Shown: positions 38,611 through 52,170 of the stretch, in pieces | How the letters are laid out: every line of letters begins with the position of its first letter | Numbering within the stretch: the first letter of the stretch is position 1 | Assembly: GCA_026770705.1 (NCBI GenBank) | Contig: JANJGN010000008.1 | Location: 9,672,001-9,736,000 of the forward strand | Direction of reading: 5' to 3' | Length of the DNA stretch: 64,000 nt | Source of the DNA: Isurus oxyrinchus | Lineage: Eukaryota | Program-made: the position numbers and the translations under genes | Notes under the pieces: generated by a model | Databases searched by the model: none | What the model was told of the DNA's origin: nothing | Seen by the model: the letters and a program-made list of their open reading frames with translations, nothing else

Positions 38611-40421
38611 GGATGATACTTGATTCTTGATACATTTTATGCTTCCAAAATACTCCACTTCTCTTCTAGAAATTCGGCTAGCCACCTTAATTGGTTGTTT
38701 TTGGATCTAAATAATCTCAGTTCTCAATTCTCAGATGCATTATCCTGTAAAAAATGTGCATTCGAATCTCAAACTTAGCATGAATATCGAGAATTGTATA
38801 TTTGCAGCACCCTCCCCACACCCCCCCCCCCCCTCCCACCGGCCCTTCCACCCCATCCCTAGTCATACACTCAAGTTAAATACTTTGTTATCTTCAATTT
38901 TATCCACGAAGGTCAATAATTTAAAAGCATGCAAAGTGTACCATACATGTAATTCATTAAGGTATTCTAAAATACACAAAGGTTGGCTTTCAAGTTCTAA
39001 GGTAAGATTTGTTTTTTTTTATCAATGCTACAGACGATACTCCAGAATTGGCCACATAATAAATTTGCATAATAACTTTTCATGACTCGAAATCATTGAT
39101 TTCCAGATACTTCTCCATTTTCAATTTGCTATATTATTAACTCTTTCTCATTGCCAAAATCCTCTCACTGTTTAATGTATGATTGCTCCCATTCTTTCTT
39201 ACTCTGTCCTGGGTCATATATGTATTAGCTTACTCTGATCCTCATTAAATATATTTCATAGCTTAAAGCAGTTTTTATAATTTTTAAATGTCTCTCTGAA
39301 AATAATCTTTTTTGTTTCATCACAATTGGCTCACAGACATTTGCACCACGGGGATAAGTAATTGCAGGGCTACAAAGTGTCCATATGATGTACACATTGT
39401 GTGAAAGGTTGGTATCCAAGGAAAGATCCATGAAAAACATGCCAGGAAGTTCTCCTGTCGATTAAAAAAAATAAATGTATAGGAGGCGTCGACTTTGTTC
39501 CACACTCTCTAAATTCTCAAACCTAAATATCTTGTGAGGAACTCTGGGCAATTAAAGGGGACTTTCCCTGACAAGAAACCAGCATTTTTAGTCAGGTACT
39601 GCAAAACTCCTAAGTTCCTAATTGTTAATGTCTCAGCACAGCAGTTCTAATCAATATCCAGATGTTTTTGAATAGCAAATCATCCTAAATTGGTCAGGTT
39701 GTATTGTAGGAAAATCACCATAGCCTTCAGGTAGCAAATTAAGTCTCATTTCATCTAGATAATCTGCCATCAATTCTATGAATTTTAAAATCCAGAAGCA
39801 GTATCACCTCTGGACTACTGTCAAATGTCCATTTAAAATCTTCGTTCACAAAAATATGAGACTATCTGATCAATTTAGAATGATCCAACACTCAGAAACA
39901 TGATGATATTAGTTAAGTAGAACTAATATGCTAAGGCTATGACAACTAAGAACTAACCAAACAATGTACAGGAGCTGTGTGAAAGTGCTATTCAATTCCT
40001 GATGAGAGGGTTCTGTACTTGCACGTTCCATGAAATCACAGATTTCCTCAAAGATAGTTACAATCAAAAGTTGAGAGTTTGTGGAAGAAAGTGAAATTCC
40101 CTTAATTTTAATAAAAATTCAGTGGGATTAGAAAGTGCCAACAAACAACGTGGACTCCCAGGACAAAACTAAACCTTGGTTTGACAATGCAACAAGATAC
40201 ATATAATCACAAAACAACCCAAATGCAATCTGCAAGATACCACTAGATAGCAATGAAAAATAAATGTTGACAGGAAATAGAAATATTGCAGAAAACTAAA
40301 TAATCCACTTAAGATATTGCTTCCATCCAATTCAATTTAATGTGCACAATTTCGCCCCAAAATCTCTGTACTTTGAAATCAGGTCTGTGAAGATCGTACT
40401 CGCTTTTCAAAAGAATCTCAC

Positions 40422-42890
40422 CTCGTTGTTTACAGCATTGTTGTAATTTTCAGAGGTAACCTTTCCCGTGCTTTCTTTCCTCAAAGAGTCATTCTGGATA
40501 TAATTCTTGTCTGTAGATGACCTGCAAGTGTTAAGGGACAGGAAGTCTCTCTTTGTTGAATGCAATGTTGAACATGACTCATAGCGGAAACTCTGAGAAA
40601 GTGGATCACCCCCGAATACCTCTACATAGTTCGGGGGTATCTGAAGGTTTCTACTGGCCTTCTGAATTCCATTCAGAGAATGTCGCCTTTCAAAGCAACA
40701 ACAAACACCCAGGGAACAATGCTGACCACCCAAAGCATTTCTGCTTTTATGAACCTTCACAGCAAGGGGAATTAAAATCACTAGAAAAATAATAGAAATT
40801 ACTCCTAATGCTATGACCAAGGAAAGGCTCAGATCAGGAGTGAACCCTGTATCTTCAAATGATCCACTGACGCTGGAGAGTGTTTCAGTGCCACCACCTA
40901 CCACAGTTAAGATGATGGTCACTGTGGCAGAAAGTGATGGTGTTCCATTATCTTTTACCACAATCACCAACCTTTGCTTAGAGGCATCTTTAGTGGCAAT
41001 GCGACGGATAGTCCAAATTTCCCCAGAGTCTGGTGAAATAGTAAAAAGGTTATGCTGGGTAGCCTGGAAAATCGAATAAGAAAGGCGAGAGTTCTGACCG
41101 GCGTCAGCATCAGTGGCTGATACCTTGGTAACCAAGTAGCCCGGTTCTGCAAACCTGGATATTGTCTCTACTGCTGTTGACGCATACTCGGCTAATGGGT
41201 GCACGATCACTGGAACATTGTCATTCTGATCAAGGATAATAACATTCACTGAGACATTACTGGCGAGTGTTGGGGTTCCAGAGTCCATGACCTGAGCTTC
41301 GAACTGAAAGTTTTTCAATTTCTCGTAGTCAAAAGATCTCTGAGCTAATATGACCCCAGTCTCCGAGTTAATAGAGATGTAAGTGGATACCGAGGCGTTC
41401 TGAATTTGCGCTTCCAGGATAGAGTATTTTAGCCGAGCGTTCTGACCAACATCTGGATCAAAGGCTGCAATAGAAAATATAGAAGCGCCAATAACATTGT
41501 TCTCCATGACGCTTGTTGAGTATAAAGACTGGGTAAAACGCGGGGCATTGTCATTTATATCTGAAACCTCCACCCGAATGGTTTTTTTGGATGTGAGAGG
41601 AGGATCTCCTGAATCCGTGCATGTTATAGTGACGTCATACTTGGAATCATTTTCACGATCCAGTGAATGTTGAACAAGTAGTCCATAATAATTCTTCAAA
41701 GAATAATCTAGTTTAAAGGGGAGTTTATTAGATGTTTGACATTGTACCTGCCCATTCGGTCCCGAATCTTTATCTGCTGCACTGAACAGGGCGACTACAG
41801 TTCCAACTGGAACATCTTCTGAGACTGTACTGGACAAAGACGTCAATGTCACCTCAGGTGCGTTATCATTCACATCAATAACATCCACCAGCACATCACA
41901 GTGCTCAGAAACAGCGTATGGACCCTTGTCAATTGCTTGTATGTTAATCTCAAAGGCCTTGTCCTCTTCATAGTCCAGATTCCCCTTTAATCTAATTTCA
42001 CCAGTTTTAGAATCCACGTCAAAAAGTTCCCGAACTCGAGCAGAAGAATGGCCACTGAGCGAGTACGTTATCTCTCCATTGGGTCCATCGTCCAAGTCGG
42101 TGGCATTTAAAATGATTATCCGAGTCCCTGTGGGTGCGGTTTCCAATAGGCTGACTCTGTAAACTGACTGGGGAAAAACAGGGGCGTTGTCGTTTGCATC
42201 CTTCACTATGATTGTGACCTGAACCGTGCCGGATCTCACAGGGACCCCGCCGTCCTTGGCTATTAACGTTAACATGTGGCTGGATTCCGTTTCTCTATCC
42301 AAAGAACTCTGCAGCACCAATACTGGCAACTTCCCTTCTCCACTGCGCATCTGAACATCGAGAAGAAAATAATCGTTCGGAATGAGCTCGTAGGTTTGCA
42401 ATGAGTTAGTTCCAATGTCCGGATCGTGCGCACCCTCCAGCGGATAGCGCGCTCCCGGCGTAGATATCTCGGAGATTTCAAGGCGTAATTGTCTCTTTGG
42501 GAAACGGGGAGCATTGTCATTTACATCGAGAATCTCCACTTCAACCTGGTACAGCTTTAAGGGATTTTCAACCAATCCGTCCAAGGAAATCACACAACTC
42601 AAACTAGGCCCGCAAATCTGTTCTCTGTCAATTTTTTCCTTTACAAATAAAATGCCATTGTCCAAATTTATGTCCACGTATTGTTTCCTGGGACCGGGTA
42701 CAATCCGAAAACGGCGAGCCGAGAGCTGCTTTATATCCAAACCTAAATCATCTGCGATATTCCCAACAAAGGAGCCCACTTGCAGTTCTTCAGGAATCGT
42801 GTAACGAATCTGCCCAAACACGAGATTCCACCAGGAGAATACACAGTAAAATAATTGGCATTTCAGCAACCAATATATTTTATATCTCAT
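40422..42890 (-). CDS. Clustered protocadherin variable exon V8 (homogenised subgroup)
   Basis: ATG 42890, six EC repeats, TM, conserved cytoplasmic motif; donor at 40422/40421. Confidence 0.95.
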
Positions 42891-43096
42891 TTCCAGCGAT
42901 AAGCATCCCCCTCGTTTCAGAACGTGTCCGTACCATGAATTATCCTTTTTATAGTTATATCAATATATTTTAAAGGTGGAATAACTGTAGTATAACAAAT
43001 ACCTGAATATTTTACAGATCGCTCGAATTACTCCATTTAAATCTTCTATGTTTGTCTAAAATTGCCAGTGGATTCGTGCAGAAATCCTACCGAGCT

Positions 43097-43304
43097 CCTC
43101 GCTATCCAAAATTACACTGCGTCTGATCGTGCGTGATGGTGGCTGGGTAGTGAAGGGGGCAGTCCGGATCCCCAATCACATCTCAGCTTCTGATTGGCGA
43201 ACAGGGGCACATTGAAATTCGACAAATCAGAAGAGCGTTCATTTCTTAAAGCTGGAAGTTCTGAGATCAGCGCAGATTTTAGATTTATTGTTGCACAATT
43301 AAAA
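43097..43304 (-). promoter_or_regulatory. Conserved promoter-like block of V8
   Basis: gaagggggcagt, CCAAT 43172, ATTGG 43193, degenerate CAAAT 43223, cttaaagc. Confidence 0.82.
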
Positions 43305-45708
43305 TTTGAATGAAATCTTTCTTTCACTACCCTGTATTGCTTCTGTCTGTTGCCAAAATTACTGCAGAACTGAATTGCAACGAAGATCTTTAGAGTCAAA
43401 CTCATAGAATTTATGATACAAGAAACTGAAAAATAAATAAATAAGAACCTAACGAGTCATCACAATTTATTGCCACATTAATTCATTTCAATTTAAAATC
43501 CATGTAGGATTATTGCGTTATGGTATTCCATCCCCAAGTTGCTGTTAATTCGCACCAATGAACTGCTAACTGATTTCGTCATTCTCCTATATAGGTAAAC
43601 GCTGGGCATTGCTGTACTGACACTTCTAAATTCATCCGCTTCTCTTCCAGACATACGGATAGGCATCTGAATAGCAGGTTATCTGACCTACGATAATCTC
43701 AATTCTCTCCACACATCCACCAGCCTGTGAAAAAATGTGTTCTTACCTGGGATCTTGCATGAGCATCGGTAATAGTATAGTTAACCCCACACCCACAGTG
43801 TTACATTCAGGTCCAGGTTATGTGGTCTGACATCTTCAATATCATCTTCAATATTTTCATGGCATGCATACATGATCCCCTCCACCCTCTTTTCTAAAGT
43901 GTAGTATAATGTAAATCCTTAAACTATTCGAAACCACCTAATCCCAAAGATCTACAATCTGCATGGTCCCTGTTCCTGTTCTAAGACAGGAATATATTTT
44001 TCATCAATACGACAGACCATACTACAGAATTGGCCATATAATTAATTTGCATAATGTCAGCATAATAACCTGCTTTGACTCGAAACCACTAACTTACAGG
44101 TATTGCCTAGTTTCAATTAGTTATATTGCTGCATCGTTCTCATTGCAAAGACCCTTTCCCTGTTTAATATCTGATCGCTTCCATTTTTTCTTACTTTTGC
44201 TACCCGATCATATACGCATTAGCTTATCTTGATCCACATTAGATGCATTTCATAGCTTAAAACAATTTTTATAATTTTTAAATATCACTCTGAAAACAAT
44301 CATTTTCTTTCACCTCACCATCCGCCCACACCTATGCATCACTGGGGAACGTAATTACATGACTATAGTGTGATTTACAAACAAAACTCAGGATCCGAGA
44401 CAGGATCCATGAAGAATATGCCAGGAAATTTTCCTGTCACTTTCTAAATACACATAGGAAGTATTAAATTCATTCCACACACTCTAAATGCTCAAACGTA
44501 AGTATCCTGTGACGAACTCTGAGCATGCACAGAACCATGCAATTAAAGGACACTTTCCTTGACAACAGACTAGGAATTTCAGCCAGGCACTGTAAACCAG
44601 GTTTGTTTCTAATTGTTATGGTGTCGGGGCAACAGTTCTAACCAATCAATACCAGGACGTTTTTGAAGAGCAGATCATCTTAATTGACCAGGTTGTACTG
44701 ACTTCCAGGAAAATCACAGTCTTCTGGTAGTAAGGCAATGTTCATTTCATCTAAACAACATCGTATCTAGTCTTAAAATCCAGAACTATTCTCGCTTCTG
44801 GACTGCTGCCAAATGTCCATTCAAAATCACCGTTAACAATGTCTATGAATTTACCCTAGCTTAGATAACTCTCTGGGAATTCTATTATATTTCATAGAGC
44901 AGCTTATCATTTTTATAAGCATCTTAGGATTTCTCTGCTCCCTGGCTGGCACTTGCAGTGTCCTGTGAATGAGTCAGAATGTCTCAATTTGGGTGGCCGG
45001 CGGAATTATCAGCAGTATAGTTTGTTACTTTGTTTTGAAGACTGAAACAGATTTAGCTCCTACGGAGCCAAATTGCTGCATTCGTAGAACTCTGACAAAT
45101 GTTAGTTGGTCCACTATAAATTACTATTTTCTAACCATTATATTGTGGCAGTTCACCAAAGCTACAATCTCCTGTTCTAATTACCCATCTTGATCTTATT
45201 AATGCACATTTCGGCCACATGTTTACAAATGTTGATCAAATTTCAAATCCAGGAGCGAAGGTTGGCATATTGCAAGAGCACGCAGCCTTCTTTGCTTAAA
45301 TGTAGGGGTTTCAATTCCACCCAGGCTAATTAGGTGAAATTACCTTCTCCTTTTTTACTGCTAAATATCAGATATTACAGGTACCAAATTACGACCAGCA
45401 CTTTAGAGTGCAATGGGATTTGAAGGATGAGTGGATTTAGACTGTGGACCCACCTGCAGCCATTCCCAAACACCGAGGTTTTTTTCCACTTGTTTATGCA
45501 CGTAAACAGATCTCTTTTCACTGGGTATTTAAATATCAGTCCGAAGGAACACGACACCTATACCCTGCTGACAATAAAAAGATTCAAAATAAATATGTTT
45601 TAAATATTAAATTGATTTAAGCCAGCTTTTCAGCAGCTTAACTAAAGCCTAATGATGTAGGACTAGCTGATCAATGTAGAATGATTTGACAGTTGGAAGC
45701 ATGTTGAC

Positions 45709-46365
45709 TTTTTTTATTTGTTCATAGGATATGGGCATAACTGGCTAGGCCAGTATTTATAGCTGATCTCCAATTGCCCCTGAGGTGGTGGCAGTGAACT
45801 GCCTTCTTGAACTGCTGCAGTGGTGTAGGTACACCCACAGTGCTGTTAGGAAGGGAGTTCCAGGATTTTGACCCAGTCACAGTGAAGGAATGGCGATATA
45901 TTTCCAAGTCCGGCTGTTGAGGGACTTGGAGGGGAACTTCCAAGTGGTGGTGTTGCCATGTGTCTGCTGCCCTTGTCCTTCTAGAAAGTAGAGGTCGCAG
46001 GTTTGGAATGTGCTATCTAAGGAGCCTTATTGAGTTGCTAGTGTGCATCTTGTAGATGGTACACACTGCCATTGTACATCGATGGTGGAGGGAGTGAGTG
46101 TTGAATGTGATGGATGGGATGGCAGGCAAGCATAATGTTTTATCGTGGATGATGCTGAGCTTCTTGAATGTTGTTGGAGCTGCCCTCATCCAGGCAATTA
46201 CATCACACTTATGAATTGTGCCTGGTAGATGGTGCACAGGATTTGGGGAGTCAGGAGGTGAGATACTCTCTACAGAGTTCCCAGCCTCAGGCCAGCTCTT
46301 GTGGTCACAGTATTTAAATGTGCGGACCAGTTCAGTTTCTGGTTAATGGTAACCCCCAGGATGTT
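45709..46365 (-). mobile_element. CR1/L2-group LINE 3' portion (family A)
   Basis: Homologous to 26839-27500; VTGSKSWNSLPNSTVGVP; poly-T tail at 45709. Confidence 0.82.
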
Positions 46366-46871
46366 TATATTAGTAAGTGAGAACTACCGAATTGAGACCT
46401 TGACAACTAGGAAGTAACTGTCTGGTTTACAGGATCTGGGTTAACCTGCTAATGCACTATCAACAAAAAGAAAAGTGTTCAGCACTTGCACGGTTTCGTG
46501 AATGCACACAATTCTCAAAAGATTTAAACATTAAAAGAGTGTGGAACAAAGTCATTTAAGTAATTAAAATGGGTTTAGAAATTGTCAACAGACAACATGG
46601 AATTGCAAAACACATTTTAAACTCGGCTTGACAATGCAGTAACTTACATATAATTACAAAAGAATGCAAATATATCCTCCAAGATACCACTACATAGTAA
46701 TGATACTATTACTACCACTGTCATGAAGTACAAAGTGCAGAAAACTGCGAATGTTGTTTTCAAGTTATTAATTCAATCCTATTAATTTCAACATGCAGGA
46801 TGTTCCCAGATATATCTGTATATCCAAATCAAATCTGAGAAGATCTCACAAACATCGCCAAAGCACCTCAC

Positions 46872-49334
46872 CTCATTGTTTGCAGGGTTGCTGTCATTTT
46901 CAGAATTAATCATTTTCGTGTTCTCTTTCCTCATAGAGAGGGTCTGGAGGTAATTCTTGTCTGTCGATGTCCTGCATGTATTGGGGGTTATGAAGTCTCT
47001 CTTTGTTGACTGCAATGTTGAACATGACTCATAGCGGAAACTCTGAGAAAGTGGATCACCTCCGAATACCTCAACATAGTTCGGGGGTATCTGAAGGTTT
47101 CTACTGGCCTTTTGAATTCCATTCAGAGAATTTCTCGTTTCAAAGCAGCAACAAACACCCTGGGAACAGTGCTGACCACCCAAAGCATTTCTGCTTTTAT
47201 GAACCTTCACAGCGAGAATAAGTAAAATCACTAGAAAAATGATACAAATTACTCCTAATGCTATGACCAAGGAAAGGCTCAGATCAGGAGTGAGTCCTTC
47301 ATCTTCAGACAATCCACTGACGCTGGAGAATGTTTCAGTGTCACCACCTACCACAGATAAGATGATGGTCATGGTGGCAGAAAGTGATGGTGTTCCATTA
47401 TCTTTTACCACAATCACCAACCTTTGCTTAGAGGCATCTTTATTGACAATACGACGGATAGTCCAAATTTCCCCAGAGTCTGGTGAAATAGTAAAAAGGT
47501 TATGCTGGGTAGCCTGAAAAATCGAATAGGAAAGACGAGCATTCTGACCGGCATCAGCATCAGTGGCCGATACCTTGGTAACCAAATAGCCTGGTTCTGC
47601 AAACCTGGATATTGTCTCTAGTGCTGTTGACCCATACTCAGCTAATGGGTGCACGATCACTGGAACATTGTCATTCTGATCAAGGATAATGACATTCACT
47701 GAGGCATGAATTGCGAGTGGTGGGGTTCCAGAGTCCATGACCTGAGCTTGGAACTGAAAGTTTTTCAATTTCTCGTAGTCAAAAGATCTCTGAGCTAATA
47801 TGTCCCCAGTCTCCGAGTTAATAGAGATGTAAGTGGATACCGAGGCGTTCTGAATTTGCGCCTCCATGATGGAATATTTTAGCCGAGCATTCTGACCAAC
47901 ATCTGGATCAGAGGCTGCAATGGAAAATATAGAAGCGCCAATAACATTGTTCTCCATGACGCTTGCTGTATATAAAGACTGTGTAAATCGTGGGGCATTG
48001 TCATTTATATCTGAAACCTCCACCCGAATGTTTTTCTTGGATGCAAGAGGAGGATTTCCTGAATCCGTGCATGTAATAGTGACGTCATATTTGGAGGCAT
48101 TTTCACGATCCAGTGAATGCTGAACAAATAATGCGTAATAATTCTTCAAAGAAGTATCCAGTTTTAAGGGTAGTTTATTTGATATTTGACATTGAACTTG
48201 CCCATTCGGTCCCGAATCTTTATCTGCTGCACTGAATAGAGCGACTATAGTTCCAACTGGAGCATCTTCTGAGACTGTACTGGACAAAGACGTCAATGTC
48301 ACCTCAGGGGCGTTATCATTCACGTCAATAATATCCACAAACACATCACAATGTCCTGGAACTGCATCCGGACCCCTGTCCATTGCTTGTATGTTAATCT
48401 CAAAGGCCTTGTTCTCTTCATAATCCAGGCTTCCCCTTAATATGATTTCTCCAGTTGTGGAATCCACGTCAAAAAGTTCCCGAACTCGAGCAGAAGAATG
48501 GCCACTGAGCGAGTACGTTATCTCTCCATTGGGCCCATCGTCCAAGTCAGTGGCATTTAATATGATTACCCGAGTTCCTGTGGGTGCAGTTTCCAATAGG
48601 CTGACTCTGTAAACTGACTGGGGAAAGACAGGGGCGTTGTCGTTTGCATCCTTCACTATGATTGTGACCTGAACCGTGCCGGATCTCACAGGGACCCCGC
48701 TGTCCTTGGCTATTAACGTTAACATGTGGCTGGATTCCGTTTCTCTATCCAAGGAACTCTGCAGCACCAATACTGGCAACTTCCCTTCTCCATTGCGCAC
48801 ACCGAGAACAAAATAATCGTTGGGAATGAGCTCGTAGGTTTGCAATGAGTTAGTTCCAATGTCCGGATCGTGCGCGGACTCGAGGGGAAAGCGTGTTCCC
48901 GGCGTCGCAAGCTCTGAGGTTTCAAGGCGGATTTGTGTCTTTGGGAAACTGGGAGCATTGTCATTTACATCGAGAATCTCCACTTCAACCTGGTACAGCT
49001 TTAAGGGATTTTCAACCAAACCGTCCAAGGAAATCACACAACTCAAACTAGGCCCGCAAATCTGTTCTCTGTCAATTTTTTCCTTGACAAATAAACTGCC
49101 AGTTTCCAAATTTATGTCCACATATTGTTTCCTGGGACCGGGTACAATCCGAAATCGGCGAGCCGAGAGCTGCTTTAGATCTAAACCCAAATCATCTGCG
49201 ATATTCCCAACAAAGGAGCCCAGTTGCAGTTCCTCGGGAATCGAATAACGAATCTGCCCAAACACGAGATTCCACCAGGAGAATACACAGTAAAATAATT
49301 GACATTTCAGCAACCGATATCTTTTATATCTCAT
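46872..49334 (-). CDS. Clustered protocadherin variable exon V9 (homogenised subgroup)
   Basis: ATG 49334, six EC repeats, TM, conserved cytoplasmic motif; donor at 46872/46871. Confidence 0.95.
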
Positions 49335-49539
49335 TTCCAGCGAGAATCATTCCCCTTGTTTCAGAACGTGCCCGTACCATGAATTATCCTTTTTATAGTT
49401 ATATCAATATATTAGAAACCGGAAAAACTGCGATGCTGCAAGTACCTGAGTGTTTTACGAATCGCTCGTATTATTTCATTTAAATCTTCTATTTTTATCT
49501 AAATTTGCCAGTGGATTCGTGCAGAAATCCTACCGAGCT

Positions 49540-49748
49540 GCTCGCTGTCCAATTTTACACTGCGTCTGATCGTGCGTGATGGTGGCTGGGTAGTGAAAGG
49601 GGCAGTCCGGATCCCCAATCGCATCTCAGCTTCTGATTGGTGAACAGGGCCACATTGAAATTCGACCAATCAGAGGAGCGTTGATTTCTTAAAGCTGTAT
49701 GTCCTACTATCAGCGCAGATGCTTAGGTTTATAGCTGCACAATTAAAA
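49540..49748 (-). promoter_or_regulatory. Conserved promoter-like block of V9
   Basis: cgctgtccaattttacactg, aaggggcagt, CCAAT 49615, ATTGG 49636, CCAAT 49666, cttaaagc. Confidence 0.82.
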
Positions 49749-50039
49749 ATGGAATCAACAATCTCTTTCAGTATTTTGCATTGTCTCTGAAAAAGATCTC
49801 TCGAACCCAGTTACAACAAACATCCTCGCTGTCAGCGTAATTGAATATGCGATGCGATGGAAAAAAAAATCAAAACACAAATAAATAGGCACCCAACGGG
49901 CGAGCATAACTCATTGGCCCAATTAATTTAATTCAATTTATTAGCCGTGTAGGATTATTCTGTCATAGCTTTCTATCCCAAATAGGGTATTGATTCTCAC
50001 TAAAGAAAGAATAAGTCTGTCACTTTTTCATACAGCACT

Positions 50040-52170
50040 TGAGCATTGCTGAAAAAAGCGACCTATTGGCGAAGCTTTTCTGAATTGCACTCACCAGGAC
50101 AGATGCAAGAATGCCAATTTTCAAGGGGCGAAATCATTTATACTGCATGAGGAGAGGCTGCTAATATGTTGGCATGTTGACTCTGAATGATCGAGGCCTA
50201 GAGGATCTAAGTGATCTAGATATGGATATGCAGGGGACAAATTCAATGTTTGCAGATGACACAAAATTTGGGAGAATTGTAAGCTGTGAGGAGTACAGTG
50301 TAGAATTTCAAAAGGACATTGGCACATTGGTGGGGTGGGCAGATAGGTGGCAGATAATGTTCAATGAGGAGAAGTGTGTGCTGGTACATTTTGGTACAAA
50401 GGACATGGCGCGCCAGTATAAGAGTGTGCATGAGCAGAGAGACCTGGGTGTATATGTACACAAGTCATTAAAGGTGGCAGGGCAGGTAGAAAGAGCTGTT
50501 TCTAAGGCATACAGTATTGTAGGCTTCATTAATAGGGCATAGTGTACAAGAGCAAGGAGGTTATGATGAACTTATATAAGACACTGGTTAGACCTGAGCT
50601 GAAGTGCTGTGTACAGCTCTGGGCACCACATTACAGGAAGTATGCAAACACATTGGAGAGAGCGTAGAATAGTTTTACAAGAATGGTCCCAGGGATGAGA
50701 CACTTCTGTTATGAGGAAAGATTGGAAATTTGGGACTGTTTTCCTTGGAGAGAAGAAGACTAAGAGCAGACTTGATAGAAGTTTTCAAAATCATGAGGGG
50801 TCTGGACAGAGTAGATAGGGAGAAACTGTTCCTGCTCGTAAACAGATCAGGAACCAGAGGGCACAGTTGTAAAGTGTTTTGCAAAAGAAGAAATGTGAGT
50901 TGAGTAAAAGCTTTTTCAAACAGTGAGTACTTCGGGTTTGGATGCATTACCTGGAAGTTTGCTGGAGGCAGGTTCAATTGAAGCATCCAAGGGGGCATTG
51001 GATGATTATTTAAATAGAAACGATGTGCAGGGTATGGGGAAAGGGCAGGAGATTGACACTAAATTGAAATGCTCAGAGGGTGGTTGCAGAAATGATGGGC
51101 CGAATGTCCTCCTTCTGCAGCGTGTCAATTCTGTGATTCGGTGATGTATTGCCATGGAGAATGCACTTGCCCCCAAACTTCTGTTTTATTCGAAAAAGAC
51201 GTGGAGATACCCCTTCAGGCTGCAGAGGACAGAGCTCTGCGTATGAACATACAAAGATCCTAGCAAGCCTAAGTGAGCTACATTGCGAGCCCGACTGATA
51301 ATCTTGAATTGGCAGTTACTTCAATTTGTAGCACATTCGGGATTGGTGAGCAAGACCTGCCGATTACAGAATCATGTCTAACGTTAGACATTAAGTTCTG
51401 AGTTCTGCATGCATGGGTTGGTTGAATATTGGCTTTTTGAATATTGGCTGGTTGGCACCCAGTCTACCTTAAGTATCCCTGGAAGGGTTAGGTATCTCAA
51501 AACAAAGGGCAACAGCTAGCAGGTAGCTAGCTGTTTCACACAGCTACTATGCAGTAGCAACATGATTTACATTTTTCACTAACAGGATGCTGCGCTCAAG
51601 CCAATCAGATGTTCTTCCTAACACACAAAGGAGTAACCTTGCATATGAATTTCACTACCAGTGTGAGGTCATGTACACACGCTGTGCATCCCAACAACTA
51701 ATGAGTCGTGTGATGTTCTGTGTCCATTCGGCTCATAACCATAGTCAACCAGCCCATGCTTCCAAAACTCAGAATATATTGGTTAAGGTTAGATGTTATT
51801 CTGCAACTGGGCAGCATATGCTCAACAATCCCGACTGTGCTAAGAATTACACCAACAATGAATTTAAGATTATCATTTGGGCTTGTAATTTTGCTCGCTT
51901 ACCCTTCCTAGAAGCTACATATGTTCATACACAAGGGCCTGTTGTCTGCAGAGAAAGGGAATATGTCTGGGCATTGCACATTTGTGATTTAAACAGAAAC
52001 ATGATGGTCAATAGATCTCTATGGAAATGCCTCGACCAGTCAGAGTGAATTGCCAAACAATCAGCACCCTTTTCTCATGCAGAATAAATTGTTGGTCCCT
52101 TTGAAATTTACCATTCTTGATAAGTAGCAGATGAAAAGCATCGACTACATGCCCCTTTTTCACCAATACT
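50040..52170 (+). mobile_element. Second family of Penelope-like retroelement (RT C-terminal/GIY-YIG remnant) with inverted terminal repeat, interrupted by a CR1 fragment
   Basis: PVYLKYPWKG at ~51460; ORF 51587-52048 (SNLAYEFHYQC..Y...SATGQHMLNNPDC...LEATYV...P) resembles a Penelope GIY-YIG; 50040-50197 is the reverse complement of ~52030-52170. Confidence 0.8.
50198..51146 (+). mobile_element. CR1 LINE 3' portion nested in the Penelope-like arm
   Basis: MFADDTKFG, WADRWQIMFNEEKC, QRDLGV motifs; attctgtgattcggtgat ((ATTCTRTG)n-like) tail. Confidence 0.88.

Noticed and set aside
45300-45345. tRNA B-box-like gtttcaattcc (paralogues ~53843, ~62462)
   Set aside because: No cloverleaf; at most an old SINE head duplicated with the units
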